Positions 28,655-39,325 of a stretch of DNA of 64,000 nucleotides are shown here, piece by piece. The stretch covers positions 8,394-72,393 of the forward strand of contig JAFTXP010000014.1 in NCBI GenBank assembly GCA_017461545.1, written 5' to 3'. A model generated the notes under the pieces. That model made no database searches. It was not told the origin of the DNA and worked only from the letters and a program-made list of their open reading frames with translations. The DNA comes from Clostridia bacterium (lineage in GTDB: Bacteria > Bacillota > Clostridia > UBA1212). A program made the position numbers and the translations under genes. Position 1 is the stretch's first letter; each line of letters opens with the position of its first letter.

Positions 28655-29422
28655 TTATATATCCTCTTCTTGATCAATATTTACTTGTCTTACAGACACT
28701 TCTCCGCTTCTAAGCACCGTTTCCGTACCGTCAGAAAGGCATATGCATAATCCGAAAGACTCGTCAATTCCGGTAACCTGTGCTTCATATTTAGGTTTAT
28801 TACCATGTGAAACAACAATATGTTTTTTATCTAACATATTACGGTATCTGTAATCGTTAAGTAAATTCGGATTGTCCGAAAAAAATTCAAAAAGAATGTC
28901 TTTGATAAGTTTATCTGCATCATAAAATTCATCTTTGTCAAAAACAGCTCCTGCAACACCGTTAAGCTCGTTCGGATAACCGCATGCCGGTTCTTTCAAG
29001 TTGATTCCGATTCCCACAATCATATAAGACTGCATACAATTTGTTGTATCTTTTCGGCCTTCTGTTAAAATTCCGCAAACTTTTCTGTCATTCAGATAAA
29101 TATCATTTACCCATTTAATCATTGCTTTCTTATCGGTGTGCTTATCGATTGCTTTAGCTGCAGCAACTGCAGCACGCGCAGTAATACAAAGATTATCGGC
29201 AATTTCACTCTCCGGCCTTAGAAGTATGCTCATATAGATACCGCTTCCGGCAGGAGAATAGAAATTTCTTCCCATTCTACCTCGGCCTGCAGTCTGAAAA
29301 TTTGCAATTACAACTGTGCCTTCAGGCGCACCACATAGAGCTTTTTCTCTCAAAACGTCATTTGTGGATGTAACCGTTTCGTATTTTTCAATGAAAATTC
29401 TTTTATCTGACAACAACATCAT
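28655..29422 (-). CDS. birA: Biotin-[acetyl-CoA-carboxylase] ligase BirA (no N-terminal HTH domain)
   Basis: QTAGRGRMGRNFYSPAGSGIYMS and KWVNDIY motifs. 255 aa, so there is no room for the repressor domain. Confidence 0.85.
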   Translation of the reverse strand: MMLLSDKRIFIEKYETVTSTNDVLREKALCGAPEGTVVIANFQTAGRGRMGRNFYSPAGSGIYMSILLRPESEIADNLCITARAAVAAAKAIDKHTDKKAMIKWVNDIYLNDRKVCGILTEGRKDTTNCMQSYMIVGIGINLKEPACGYPNELNGVAGAVFDKDEFYDADKLIKDILFEFFSDNPNLLNDYRYRNMLDKKHIVVSHGNKPKYEAQVTGIDESFGLCICLSDGTETVLRSGEVSVRQVNIDQEEDI

Positions 29423-29429
29423 GCACTGC

Positions 29430-31427
29430 TCAATTCATACTCTCATTCATAAGTTCGCCTAAAGTTATTTCTCCCCAGGCATAGTTGTTCAAATAACTTC
29501 CTTTAAACAGTCCTGCGTATTCCTCTTGCCCTGAAAGATAATCATAAAGATCGCATTTGATTTTCTCTGGAATGATGCGTCGCTTTCCGTCTACTGACTC
29601 AATAATATCAGTAATTCCGTACTCCTCAAGAGTGTTTTTAAGACGAAGTGCCTCTTTACGGTATCTTGCAAGTGTAACAGCATTTGCAGGTTCATTCTCC
29701 CACAAATAGCCTATTGCTTCTTCGCTCGTTACATATCCGCCGCGGCGGTCCACAAGCAATGCCAGCAATTCTTTCGCCTTTTTGTTACGAAATGCAATAG
29801 GTTTGTTATTCACAAAAACATCAAAATAGCCGAATGTACGTATATAAATTTGGGAATACTCCTCCACAATATCTGATGATGTTTCATTTCCGTTATCCAC
29901 GTTATACAGCATGACATAACACGACGAATTTCCGTCATAATTTTTTTGCGAACAAATCGCCTTTATCAGACGTTTTTTATTTTTTTTCATATCAAAATAT
30001 GTAAATTCTGCTTCACCGGTTGAAAAAAGCATTTTTACGTCTTCGTATGCAATGCTGCTTTGTGAAATAAATTCTTTAATTGAACAACTTTTTTCCGCCA
30101 TAGCAAACCACTCTTCTTTGGTATATCCGAAGAAGTTGCATACATTATCGCTGGCATAAAGCGGTTTTACATTGTTGTTTTCTATTTTAAAAGCCATGAC
30201 GCCTTCTGTGAACCGTGTAACGAATTCCTGCATATTTCTAAGCGCAAGATTTTCATTTCTGAGTTCATCAATCTCCTGCTCATCAATAATCTGTTTACAA
30301 CAAAACAGATTGACGGAATCATTAATTTTCAGAAAAATTCCGACATATTTTTTTATCTCACCGCTTGATGTGATTGCTCTGTATTGTATCTGAGGAGGTC
30401 GGCTGCCGCTGCGTGTCACTCGCCGTGAATATATATTTGCAAAAAAATCATGCATATGTGTGCGATCTTTATGATATACAGCGTGTTCAATCCATTGTGA
30501 TGTAGCTTCTTCCATATGCATTGGTAAGTTTCTTATCCTGCCGAATGTATCTGAACCGCCTGATATATATTTTACCGTTCCGTTTACAAAATCGTATTCA
30601 AAAATTTTTTCATATACATCAGACAGTGCCTTTAGATATAACTCGGTTTCATTTGTACGTTTTGCATGATACTGCTCAGTTATATCCATACATACACTTT
30701 GAAATTCTTCTTTTCCGTCTGCTGCTTTTACCTTTGTAACCCAGCCGAAAAGACGTGCTTTTGTTCCGTCACAGCGCAAGACATTCATTTCCCCGGCAAC
30801 AGGAGCACCGCTAAGATACACTTTATTAAGAAAACGAGAAAATTTTCTTCTGTCTTCAACAGGAATCATAAGATATATATTATCCTTATAAAATTCCAGA
30901 TAATCCACTTCACCGCGACGCGGTTTCGGCATACGAAGCATCTTCATCATTTGATTATTTATGTAAGTAACTTTCGGATTCTTTTCGCAGGAATATTTCA
31001 GCATGCCGCACGGTACGGTTTCATTGAGAAAACGCAAATTATCATTTTCTGATTTAAGAGCCGTAATATCTGTTAGAACAGAATACGCAACCCAAGTATC
31101 ATTTTTTTGTTTTTCTACTGTCATTGTATCTCTGACGTATAAAGTAGATCCGTCTTTTTTTATTATTCTGTATTCTGCAGAATTTGATGTCTTTTCTGTT
31201 GAAATTTGATTTAACAAATTATCATAAATATGTCTGTCAGCCGGATGTATCAAACCGGCGTATAAGTCAGAGCTATCACTTAAAAGTTCTTTTTTTGAAT
31301 ATCCAGTCATGTCGCATAAATTTTGACTCACGAATATCGGTAATATAGTCTCTGCTAATTTATATTGACGGAAACCGCTTATTTGCTTATCCAGTATCTC
31401 AGAAATGTTTTCTAACGGAAAATTCAT
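29430..31427 (-). CDS. Multi-PAS sensor fused to a SARP-like winged-helix/BTAD-type DNA-binding output
   Basis: Several PAS-like blocks (YRIIKKDGSTLYVRD, NVLRCDGTKARLFGW). C-terminus IRTFGYFDVFVNNKPIAFRNKKAKELLALLVDRRGGYVTSEEAIGYLWE...CDLYDYL. No receiver or kinase domain. Confidence 0.65.
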   Translation of the reverse strand: MNFPLENISEILDKQISGFRQYKLAETILPIFVSQNLCDMTGYSKKELLSDSSDLYAGLIHPADRHIYDNLLNQISTEKTSNSAEYRIIKKDGSTLYVRDTMTVEKQKNDTWVAYSVLTDITALKSENDNLRFLNETVPCGMLKYSCEKNPKVTYINNQMMKMLRMPKPRRGEVDYLEFYKDNIYLMIPVEDRRKFSRFLNKVYLSGAPVAGEMNVLRCDGTKARLFGWVTKVKAADGKEEFQSVCMDITEQYHAKRTNETELYLKALSDVYEKIFEYDFVNGTVKYISGGSDTFGRIRNLPMHMEEATSQWIEHAVYHKDRTHMHDFFANIYSRRVTRSGSRPPQIQYRAITSSGEIKKYVGIFLKINDSVNLFCCKQIIDEQEIDELRNENLALRNMQEFVTRFTEGVMAFKIENNNVKPLYASDNVCNFFGYTKEEWFAMAEKSCSIKEFISQSSIAYEDVKMLFSTGEAEFTYFDMKKNKKRLIKAICSQKNYDGNSSCYVMLYNVDNGNETSSDIVEEYSQIYIRTFGYFDVFVNNKPIAFRNKKAKELLALLVDRRGGYVTSEEAIGYLWENEPANAVTLARYRKEALRLKNTLEEYGITDIIESVDGKRRIIPEKIKCDLYDYLSGQEEYAGLFKGSYLNNYAWGEITLGELMNESMN

Positions 31428-31565
31428 AGTATCTCCTATTTATCCTCCTATATAGTTAATCTTTTTTATGGAATACTTACTTATTTATCTCTTAAAATAT
31501 TATTATATATCATAAAAATAAATTATCGTCAAACTAAAGAAATAAAATAATTCCATTTAAAGAAT

Positions 31566-32570
31566 TTATGCTTTTTTTATGTGAAAAGTTTTAACAGCTT
31601 CGGATATATCGCCTGTTACTCCGCTTTTTGAATATTTTATTGCCTGTTTAACAGCATTTTTTATTGCTTTTGCATCCGACGAACCGTGAGCTTTGATAAC
31701 CGGCTTTGCAATACCGAGAATCGGTGATCCGCCATGCTCCGAAGGGTCAAAATTCTGTTTTATTTTTAAAATAGAATTTTTGAACAACAAAGCAGAAAAT
31801 TTGTTTATAAAGTTTTTTGCATATGCTTTTTTCAGGGACTTCATCAATAATTTGCTTGTTCCTTCTATAGTTTTAAGAAAAATGTTTCCGGAAAAACCGT
31901 CCGTAACCAAAACATTGCACGCACCAAACATTACAGCATTACTTTCAACATTTCCTATATATTTAATAGCAGTGCATTTTTTCAGCCTGTCATTTGCTTC
32001 AATTTGCAAAGAAGTTCCTTTACAGTCTTCTGTTCCGTTATTTAATAAACCGACAGCAGGTTCTTCAATATCATACATTTTTTTCATATAAGCTGATCCC
32101 ATTATAGCAAATTGCTCGAGATATTCCGGTGTCACAGAAATATTAGCGCCGGCGTCAAGTAACAAAAAAGTTTCTTCACCGGGTATAACTGTGCCGATTG
32201 CCGCACGAAGAATACCGTCTGCTTTTTTTACAATAAATGTGGCGCCCATAAACAAAGCGCCTGTATTTCCGGCGCTTACAAAAGCATCGCCTTTCCCATC
32301 TGCAAGCATTTTTAATCCGACCATCATTGATGAATCGCTTTTACGCTTATAAACGGTAATCGGATCATCCTCCATAGTGATTACAGATGCAGCATGAACT
32401 ACTTCAAACTTGCTTATATCTAAACCTATATCATTTGAAATACGCACAATATCATCTTTGTTGCCGACAAGGGTAAATTCCGCATCACATTCCTCTGCGG
32501 CGGAATACACGCCCTTTAATATTTCAACAGGGGCTTTATCTCCGCCCATTACGTCTATTATTATACGCAT
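31566..32570 (-). CDS. plsX: Phosphate acyltransferase PlsX
   Basis: MRIIIDVMGGDKAP start, preceded by GAAGAGG. The track ORF's extra 31 aa overlap the upstream gene and are rejected. Confidence 0.9.
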   Translation of the reverse strand: MRIIIDVMGGDKAPVEILKGVYSAAEECDAEFTLVGNKDDIVRISNDIGLDISKFEVVHAASVITMEDDPITVYKRKSDSSMMVGLKMLADGKGDAFVSAGNTGALFMGATFIVKKADGILRAAIGTVIPGEETFLLLDAGANISVTPEYLEQFAIMGSAYMKKMYDIEEPAVGLLNNGTEDCKGTSLQIEANDRLKKCTAIKYIGNVESNAVMFGACNVLVTDGFSGNIFLKTIEGTSKLLMKSLKKAYAKNFINKFSALLFKNSILKIKQNFDPSEHGGSPILGIAKPVIKAHGSSDAKAIKNAVKQAIKYSKSGVTGDISEAVKTFHIKKA

Positions 32571-32580
32571 AAATACCTCT

Positions 32581-34245
32581 TCACTTTTCTGAAACTTTTT
32601 CGCGGAGCTCTGTTTTTTTGATTTTACCGCTGATAGTTTTCGGCATTTCTTCAACAAATTCAACTATGCGTATCCATTTATACTCAGCAAGTTTACTGTT
32701 ACAAAAATTTTTTATTTCTGTCTCAAGCTCATTTGACGGATAGTAATTATCACAAAGTTGAATGACCGCTTTGATAGCCTGACCGCGAAGCGCATCGGGC
32801 ACGCCGATTACACTGCATTCTGCTACGGCCGGATGCTCCGTTAAAACATTCTCAATTTCGTATGGACCGACACGGAATCCGCCTGTTTTTATAATATCAT
32901 CAAATCTTCCATGGAACCAATACAGTCCGTTTTCGTCCTGCCATGCTGCATCTCCCGTATGGTATACTCCGCCTCGCCATACATATCTGTATTGTTCATC
33001 ATTATCAAGATATGCGATGAAAATACCTGCCTGTTTTCCGTTTTCAGGCGGAACAACGACTACTTCACCGATTTCACCCTGAGGCACCGGATGGCCCATT
33101 TTATCCCATAATTCAATATTATACATTGGAGATATAATACCCATGGAACCTTCTACAGGCGTGTATCCCTTTAAATTGCCCATCAAAAGTGTTGTTTCAG
33201 TCTGTCCGTAACCTTCGCATAACGGAATACCGGTTCGGCTTGTAAACATTTTAAATACTTCATCTGCCAGTTTTTCTCCTGCTGTTGATGCATGACGAAG
33301 CTTCGGCATATCCGGAATACCTTTACGTACAAGATACCTGTAAACAGTAGGAGGCGCACAGAAAGAAGTAACTCCGTAAGTGTTTATAATGTTAGTAAGC
33401 TGCTTAGGTTCAAAATTATCAAAGTCATATACCATTACAGCCGAGCCTATCAACCATTGACCGTAAATTTTTCCCCATGAAGCCTTTGCCCAGCCAGTTT
33501 CAGCAACTGTAAAATGCAATCCGTTATCTTCTGCTTGCTGCCAGTATTTTGCTGTAACAATATGTGCCAGCGGATATGTAAAATCATGTATAACGCCTTT
33601 GGGATTTCCTGTTGTACCGGAAGTAAAATACAAAAGCATATTGTCTGTTGCAAGCGTCGGTATGCGTGCGAACTCAGTGCTTGCACTTTCCATTTCTTTT
33701 GTAAGATTTCTGAAGCCTTTTTCATTATCAGATTGTACACACCAAAGCAATGGATGAGTATTTGTATTATTAATCGCTGTTCTGATATTGTTCGGAACAT
33801 CATTCTGCGGTGTACAGATAATTGCATCAGCATTTGAAGAACATATACGGTATTCGTAGTCTTTAACAGTTAACATGTGGGTTGCCGGTATCATAACGGC
33901 GCCGATCTTATGTAAAGCGACTGCAACAAACCAATACTCATAGTGGCGTTTAAGAATAACCATTACACGGTCGCCTTTTTTTATTCCAGAAGATGTAAGT
34001 ACATTTGCCGCCTGATTACTGTACTTCTTTATATCTGCAAATGTAAAGAAATGTTCTTCATTTTCCGTATTACACCAAACAAGCGCCTTTTTATCCGGGG
34101 AAACAGATGCGAATTCATCCACAACATCATATCCGAAATTAAAATTTGCAGGATAGTCAATTTCAAATTTTGTTAAGTTACCGTTTTCATCAAAATATTC
34201 ACGGCAATATTTTTTATATATGCTCATAAAACCTTTAATCCTCAA
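32581..34245 (-). CDS. AMP-forming acyl-CoA synthetase/ligase (medium/short-chain type)
   Basis: AMP-binding motif YFTSGTTGNPKG, YGQTET, GDAAWQDENGLYWFHGRFDDIIKTGGFRVGP, C-terminal PKTISGKI. Confidence 0.8.
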   Translation of the reverse strand: MRIKGFMSIYKKYCREYFDENGNLTKFEIDYPANFNFGYDVVDEFASVSPDKKALVWCNTENEEHFFTFADIKKYSNQAANVLTSSGIKKGDRVMVILKRHYEYWFVAVALHKIGAVMIPATHMLTVKDYEYRICSSNADAIICTPQNDVPNNIRTAINNTNTHPLLWCVQSDNEKGFRNLTKEMESASTEFARIPTLATDNMLLYFTSGTTGNPKGVIHDFTYPLAHIVTAKYWQQAEDNGLHFTVAETGWAKASWGKIYGQWLIGSAVMVYDFDNFEPKQLTNIINTYGVTSFCAPPTVYRYLVRKGIPDMPKLRHASTAGEKLADEVFKMFTSRTGIPLCEGYGQTETTLLMGNLKGYTPVEGSMGIISPMYNIELWDKMGHPVPQGEIGEVVVVPPENGKQAGIFIAYLDNDEQYRYVWRGGVYHTGDAAWQDENGLYWFHGRFDDIIKTGGFRVGPYEIENVLTEHPAVAECSVIGVPDALRGQAIKAVIQLCDNYYPSNELETEIKNFCNSKLAEYKWIRIVEFVEEMPKTISGKIKKTELREKVSEK

Positions 34246-34246
34246 T

Positions 34247-35041
34247 TTAAATTATCTGTTCAACCTTAACCATTCCTATTCTCCGGAAACGGTCATATCT
34301 TTTTTGAAGCAATTCAGGGTCTTTTGAAAGACTATTTACTTCATCAATCAAAAGAGAATGAATACGTTCAAAGTATTCTTTTTTTCCTATATCATCTTCC
34401 GCAAGAATCCTGTCAACAACACCGAGACTTTTAGCATCTTCTGCGGTAAGCTTTAAACTCTCTGCCGCAACATCGGCTTTTGATGAATCCTTCCAAAGTA
34501 TACTTGCGCATCCTTCAGGAGAAATTACAGAATATACAGCGTTTTTCAGCATCCAGACGCGATCTGCAACAGCAAGCGCCAAAGCTCCTCCGCTTCCGCC
34601 TTCACCGATAAGAATAGAAAGAACAGGCACACAAAGAGTACTCATCTCCATCAGATTCTCAGCAATTGCCTGACCTTGACCTCTCTCCTCTGCACCGATT
34701 CCGCAGTATGCTCCGGAGGTATCAATAAAACAAATAATCGGCCGTCCGAATTTTTCAGCCTGCTTCATAAGACGAAGAGCTTTCCTGTATCCTTCGGGAT
34801 GAGGTGCTCCGAAATTTCTCTCTACACGCTCATTTGAAGTGTGACCTTTTTCAATTGCAATAACAGTAACAGGACTGCCGTCAAGCCACGCAATACCGCC
34901 CATAATGGCCTTATCATCGGCATAACGGCGGTCTCCGTGAAATTCAATGAAATTTTTAAAAATATTTTTAATATAATCCTGCCCCGTAGGACGTTTGCTG
35001 TCTCGGGCAAGTTTAACTCTGTCATAAGGTATCTGACTCAC
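34247..35041 (-). CDS. accA: Acetyl-CoA carboxylase carboxyltransferase alpha subunit
   Basis: [12 protein letters not shown]...[29 protein letters not shown]. Confidence 0.9.
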   Translation of the reverse strand: MSQIPYDRVKLARDSKRPTGQDYIKNIFKNFIEFHGDRRYADDKAIMGGIAWLDGSPVTVIAIEKGHTSNERVERNFGAPHPEGYRKALRLMKQAEKFGRPIICFIDTSGAYCGIGAEERGQGQAIAENLMEMSTLCVPVLSILIGEGGSGGALALAVADRVWMLKNAVYSVISPEGCASILWKDSSKADVAAESLKLTAEDAKSLGVVDRILAEDDIGKKEYFERIHSLLIDEVNSLSKDPELLQKRYDRFRRIGMVKVEQII

Positions 35042-35898
35042 AGTTTTTGTCCTCCGTTATGCATTTTCAAAAGTTCGGCAAGAAACTTTTTCTGTTCTTT
35101 ACGTACCACGATTTTATCAATAAAACCGTGTTCCAACACAAATTCAGCAGATTGAAACTCTTTAGGCAAAGTCTGTCTTGTCGTCTGTTCGATAACCCGT
35201 TTTCCGGCAAATCCGACTGTTGCACCTGGCTCAGCCAAAATAATGTCAGCTTCCATCGCAAAACTTGCAGTCACACCGCCCGTTGTAGGATCCGTCAAAA
35301 CTGCTACATACAAAAGACCGACATCACTGTGTCGTTTTACAGCAGCACTTGTTTTGGCCATTTGCATGAGTGACAGAAGTCCTTCCTGCATTCGTGCGCC
35401 GCCGGATACTGTAAATCCGATGACAGGTAAACGATGTTTTATTGCATATTCAAATAATGAAGTGATTTTTTCACCTACAGCACTACCCATACTGCCCATC
35501 ATAAAGTATGACTCCATCACAAAAATACAACATTTCTGTTTGCCTATCATTGCTGTTCCGCATATTACAGCTTCTTCTTCCTCACTTGCGGTTTTAACGG
35601 TATCAAGTTTATCTTCATAGCCGGGAAAATCGAGCGGATTGCACGATTTAATATTTGAAAAAAGTTCACAATAACTGTTTTTATCAGTAACTGTACTTAT
35701 TCTGTGGCGTGCTTTCATTCTGAAATGATATCCACAGGGGCAAACAAGCTGATTCGCCCATAAACGGCTAAGAGGAATGTCTTTGTGACAATTAGGACAA
35801 TTTTTTTCCGGTTCTCCTGCGTCACTTTGAATCGGAGCGGCACTGCGACCGCCTTCTTCCAATAAATTTTCAGGTTTCAAAAAATTAAGTAATGGCAT
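35038..35898 (-). CDS. accD: Acetyl-CoA carboxylase carboxyltransferase beta subunit
   Basis: Zn-ribbon CPNCHK...CPCGYHFRM and GGARMQEG. 4-nt overlap with accA. Confidence 0.9.
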   Translation of the reverse strand: MPLLNFLKPENLLEEGGRSAAPIQSDAGEPEKNCPNCHKDIPLSRLWANQLVCPCGYHFRMKARHRISTVTDKNSYCELFSNIKSCNPLDFPGYEDKLDTVKTASEEEEAVICGTAMIGKQKCCIFVMESYFMMGSMGSAVGEKITSLFEYAIKHRLPVIGFTVSGGARMQEGLLSLMQMAKTSAAVKRHSDVGLLYVAVLTDPTTGGVTASFAMEADIILAEPGATVGFAGKRVIEQTTRQTLPKEFQSAEFVLEHGFIDKIVVRKEQKKFLAELLKMHNGGQKL

Positions 35899-35902
35899 AA
35901 AA

Positions 35903-37210
35903 TCACCTGCTACCCATAAATGTTAAATCATAATCTCCCGAAGCAAATCGCATATCCGAAACAATGCGCAATTGTTCCTCAGCATTTGTCGGAATTCCGT
36001 CAATAACAAGTTCGCACAGTGCCGCACGAAGTTTACGAAGCGATTCTTCACGTGTCTTTGCGTGTACAATCAGCTTTCCAAGCAATGAATCGTAATACGG
36101 GGTAACTACAGTTCCCTCAACAAGACATGTATCAAAGCGAACAAAAGGTCCGCCCGGAACATGAAGCATTTTTAATGTACCGCAGCTCGTTGCATTGATT
36201 CTGCATTCAATCGCTGATCCGATTATACGTACATCTTTTTGTGTAAAGCTGAGCGGAATGCCGGCAGCAATTCGAATCTGCCATTTTACAAGGTCAAAGC
36301 CGGTCAGCATTTCTGTTACACAATGTTCTACCTGAAGTCTTACATTCATTTCCATAAACCAGAAGTTGCCTGACTTGTCATAGAGAAATTCAAGAGTACC
36401 TGCTCCTACGTACCCGATTTTCTTAACAGCCTTAATAGCTGTATTTATGATTTTCTGACGTTGTTCGTCAGTCACGGCAGGAGAAGGGGTTTCTTCTATA
36501 AGTTTTTGATTTCTGCGCTGCAGAGAACAGTCTCGTTCCCCGAGACACACAACATTTCCGCTTTCATCTGCCAGAATCTGTAATTCAATATGCCGTGCAG
36601 GAAAAACATATTTTTCGAGATATACTGAACCGTCGCCAAAGGCGCTGCTCGCTTCAGCTGTAGCCTGCATATATGCATCGTCAATCTCGCTTTCACTCCT
36701 GATAAGCCTTATTCCGCGGCCTCCGCCGCCTGCACAGGCTTTCAGCATAACAGGATATCCGATTTTTTCTGCAGCTTTTTTTGCTTCATCAAGTGACGAT
36801 ACTGCTTTAGTACCCGGAATTACGGTAAGACCCGCATTACTTATGAGTTCTTTTAATATTGCTTTATCGCTTAAACGCTCCATATCCTCCGGATTAGGGC
36901 CGATAAAAACAATACCGTTTTTTCTGCAGAGTCTTGCAAAATGTGCATTTTCAGATAAAAAACCGTAACCGGGATGTATCGCCTGTGCGCCTGCCAAAAG
37001 GGCTGTACTGATTATCTGATTTTCATTCAGATAACTTTCTGATGCCTCTGATTTTCCTATACAGTAACTTTCGTCAGCCAGTGCAACATGAAGTGCATTT
37101 TTGTCTGCTTCAGAATATACGGCTACTGTCGCTACACCCATTTCTTTACATGCTCTTATTATTCTCACGGCAATTTCACCGCGATTTGCAATCAATATCT
37201 TTGAAAACAT
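35903..37210 (-). CDS. accC: Biotin carboxylase
   Basis: MFSKILIANRGEIAVRIIRACKEMG, GGGGRGIR, EMNVRLQVEH. Confidence 0.95.
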   Translation of the reverse strand: MFSKILIANRGEIAVRIIRACKEMGVATVAVYSEADKNALHVALADESYCIGKSEASESYLNENQIISTALLAGAQAIHPGYGFLSENAHFARLCRKNGIVFIGPNPEDMERLSDKAILKELISNAGLTVIPGTKAVSSLDEAKKAAEKIGYPVMLKACAGGGGRGIRLIRSESEIDDAYMQATAEASSAFGDGSVYLEKYVFPARHIELQILADESGNVVCLGERDCSLQRRNQKLIEETPSPAVTDEQRQKIINTAIKAVKKIGYVGAGTLEFLYDKSGNFWFMEMNVRLQVEHCVTEMLTGFDLVKWQIRIAAGIPLSFTQKDVRIIGSAIECRINATSCGTLKMLHVPGGPFVRFDTCLVEGTVVTPYYDSLLGKLIVHAKTREESLRKLRAALCELVIDGIPTNAEEQLRIVSDMRFASGDYDLTFMGSR

Positions 37211-37213
37211 ATA

Positions 37214-37630
37214 TCACTCTCCGACAATGGCAAAAGAAAACTCCGCGGATACGCAGACCTTTCCGTCTACGTTTACAGTGCCCTCAGCAAAATAAAAAGG
37301 ATGCTTTGATCGCTTTATACTGCATCTTGTTTCAATAAGATCACCGGGACGTACAGGATTGCGGAATTTTACATTATTAAGTCCTGTATATACCGGAAGT
37401 TTACCTTCTGTCATTACATCAGCCATGAGAATACATGAAGACTGAGCAAGAATTTCACAGAGAATCACACCCGGTACAATAGGATTGCCCGGGAAATGTC
37501 CATTTAAAAAGAACTCATCTCCCCTGACCTTATAATGTCCGACTGCTGTTCCGTCCTGATTTTCAACATCATCAAGCAAAAGCATACTGTCTCTGTGAGG
37601 CAGAATTTTTTTTATCTCTTCTTGTGTCAT
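37214..37630 (-). CDS. fabZ: 3-hydroxyacyl-ACP dehydratase FabZ
   Basis: LPHRDSMLLLD, FFLNGHFPGNPIVPGVILCE. Confidence 0.9.
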   Translation of the reverse strand: MTQEEIKKILPHRDSMLLLDDVENQDGTAVGHYKVRGDEFFLNGHFPGNPIVPGVILCEILAQSSCILMADVMTEGKLPVYTGLNNVKFRNPVRPGDLIETRCSIKRSKHPFYFAEGTVNVDGKVCVSAEFSFAIVGE

Positions 37631-37632
37631 TT

Positions 37633-38070
37633 TTACCTCCTGATACGGAATAATTCAGTTCCGTATTCGACAACCTGACCGTTTGTAACACAAATCTTTT
37701 CAACGACACCGCTTTCCTCAGCCGAAATTTCATTCATTAATTTCATCGCTTCAATAATGCAGAGTGTCTGCCCTTTTTCAACACGATCTCCCGGTGATAC
37801 AAAAGGCTCCGCATTTTCTGCCGGTGCAGCATAAAACACACCGACAAACGATGATTTCACACTGATACAACCGTCATTGCTATCATTTTTTACAGTTTCC
37901 GAAAGTGTTGTAACAGGAACTGAATTCGTCTGAACAATTACGGGTTCACGCGCAATGCCGGGTTGTGTACGTTCTAAACGAACTACTTTATTATCTTCTG
38001 TTATTTCAAGACCGGTAAGTTCAAGCTCTTTCATGAGCGCTGCATATTTACGAATATCTGCTTCTTTCAT
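37633..38070 (-). CDS. accB: Biotin carboxyl carrier protein AccB
   Basis: Biotinylation motif IIEAMKLMNEI. ATG at 38070 forms an ATGA overlap with the fabF stop; the longer track ORF is rejected. Confidence 0.9.
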   Translation of the reverse strand: MKEADIRKYAALMKELELTGLEITEDNKVVRLERTQPGIAREPVIVQTNSVPVTTLSETVKNDSNDGCISVKSSFVGVFYAAPAENAEPFVSPGDRVEKGQTLCIIEAMKLMNEISAEESGVVEKICVTNGQVVEYGTELFRIRR

Positions 38071-39314
38071 GATTTCACCTTTCTGAATGCAAGACACGCA
38101 TTGTGTCCGCCGAATCCGAGAGAATTGGACAGCGCAAGATCAATCTCTTTTTTGATGGCTGTGCCCGGAACATAATTAAGATCACATTCCGGATCTTGTT
38201 CGCTTAGATTGATTGTAGGAGGAACTATTCCTTCATTTAAAGCAAGAATGCACGCCATAGCCTCTATCGCACCTGCAGCTCCAAGCATATGACCGGTCAT
38301 GGACTTTGTAGAGCTGATATAAGCATGTTTTGCTGCATCATCCCCAAGCGCTTTCTTTATTGCTAATGTTTCAAGTTTATCATTCATCGGAGTTCCTGTT
38401 CCGTGCGCATTTACATATACTGTGTCCTTTTCAGTATAATTTGCTTCACGCATGGCATCCATCATGGCCTGTGCGCCTCCGCGCGCCTCCGGATGTGGTG
38501 CGGTAATATGGTTTGCATCACAGGTAGAACCGTAACCGCATACTTCGCCGTATATTTTTGCACCGCGTTTTTTTGCATGTTCATACTCTTCAAGTACAAG
38601 AGATACAGCGCCCTCGCCTATTACAAATCCGCTGCGCCGCTTGTCAAATGGCAAAGATGCGGCGTTTGCATCTTCTGCCGTAGAAAGAGCCTGCATATTA
38701 ACAAATCCCGAAATAGCTATCGGACAGATTGCAGCTTCCGAGCCTCCTGTAATTACAGCATCCGCATATCCGTGACGAATGAGTCGCATTGCTTCTCCGA
38801 TTGCGTTTGAACCAGATGCACAAGCGGTAACCGCAGGCATTGCAGGACCTCTGCAATCATGCTTAATTGCAATCATTCCGGCTGCCATGTTTGGAATCAT
38901 CATAGGAATAAACAAAGAAGAAACCTTACGAGGTCCTTTTTCTTTCAGCTTTGTATGTTCTGTTTCAAAAGTACTTATACCGCCGATACCTACTCCGAAA
39001 TATACGCCGAAACGTTCAGGAATAATGTTTCCTGCAATACCGCTGTCCTCTACAGACTGCTGTGCTGCAATTAAAGCAAATTGAGTATACCTGTCTGTTC
39101 GAATCGATTCGGATTTTTCCATATAGTCGAGTGCGTTATAATCTTTTACCTCCGCACCTAATTTCGCTTTATAATCTGTTGTATCAAACAGTGTAATCGG
39201 AGCTATACCGTTTTTTCCTGCCTTGAGAGCCTCCCAAGTTTCCGATACTGTCTTTCCCAGAGGAGTAATCGCACCGATACCTGTTACAACAACTCTTTTT
39301 TTATTTTCATTCAT
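38067..39314 (-). CDS. fabF: 3-oxoacyl-ACP synthase II
   Basis: RVVVTGIGAITPLG, active-site TACASGSNAIG, NAHGTGTP, GFGGHNA. Confidence 0.9.
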   Translation of the reverse strand: MNENKKRVVVTGIGAITPLGKTVSETWEALKAGKNGIAPITLFDTTDYKAKLGAEVKDYNALDYMEKSESIRTDRYTQFALIAAQQSVEDSGIAGNIIPERFGVYFGVGIGGISTFETEHTKLKEKGPRKVSSLFIPMMIPNMAAGMIAIKHDCRGPAMPAVTACASGSNAIGEAMRLIRHGYADAVITGGSEAAICPIAISGFVNMQALSTAEDANAASLPFDKRRSGFVIGEGAVSLVLEEYEHAKKRGAKIYGEVCGYGSTCDANHITAPHPEARGGAQAMMDAMREANYTEKDTVYVNAHGTGTPMNDKLETLAIKKALGDDAAKHAYISSTKSMTGHMLGAAGAIEAMACILALNEGIVPPTINLSEQDPECDLNYVPGTAIKKEIDLALSNSLGFGGHNACLAFRKVKS

Positions 39315-39325
39315 TTTTATTCTCC

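Noticed and set aside
32571-32663. N-terminal extension of plsX in the ORF track (start at 32663)
   Set aside because: The extra 31 aa overlap the 3' end of the acyl-CoA ligase gene. The canonical MRIIIDVMGGD start at 32570 has its own RBS.

The same logic applies to three other extensions:
- accB (38097 moved to 38070)
- acpP (42167 moved to 42116)
- the Cys-rich protein (57592 moved to 57745)
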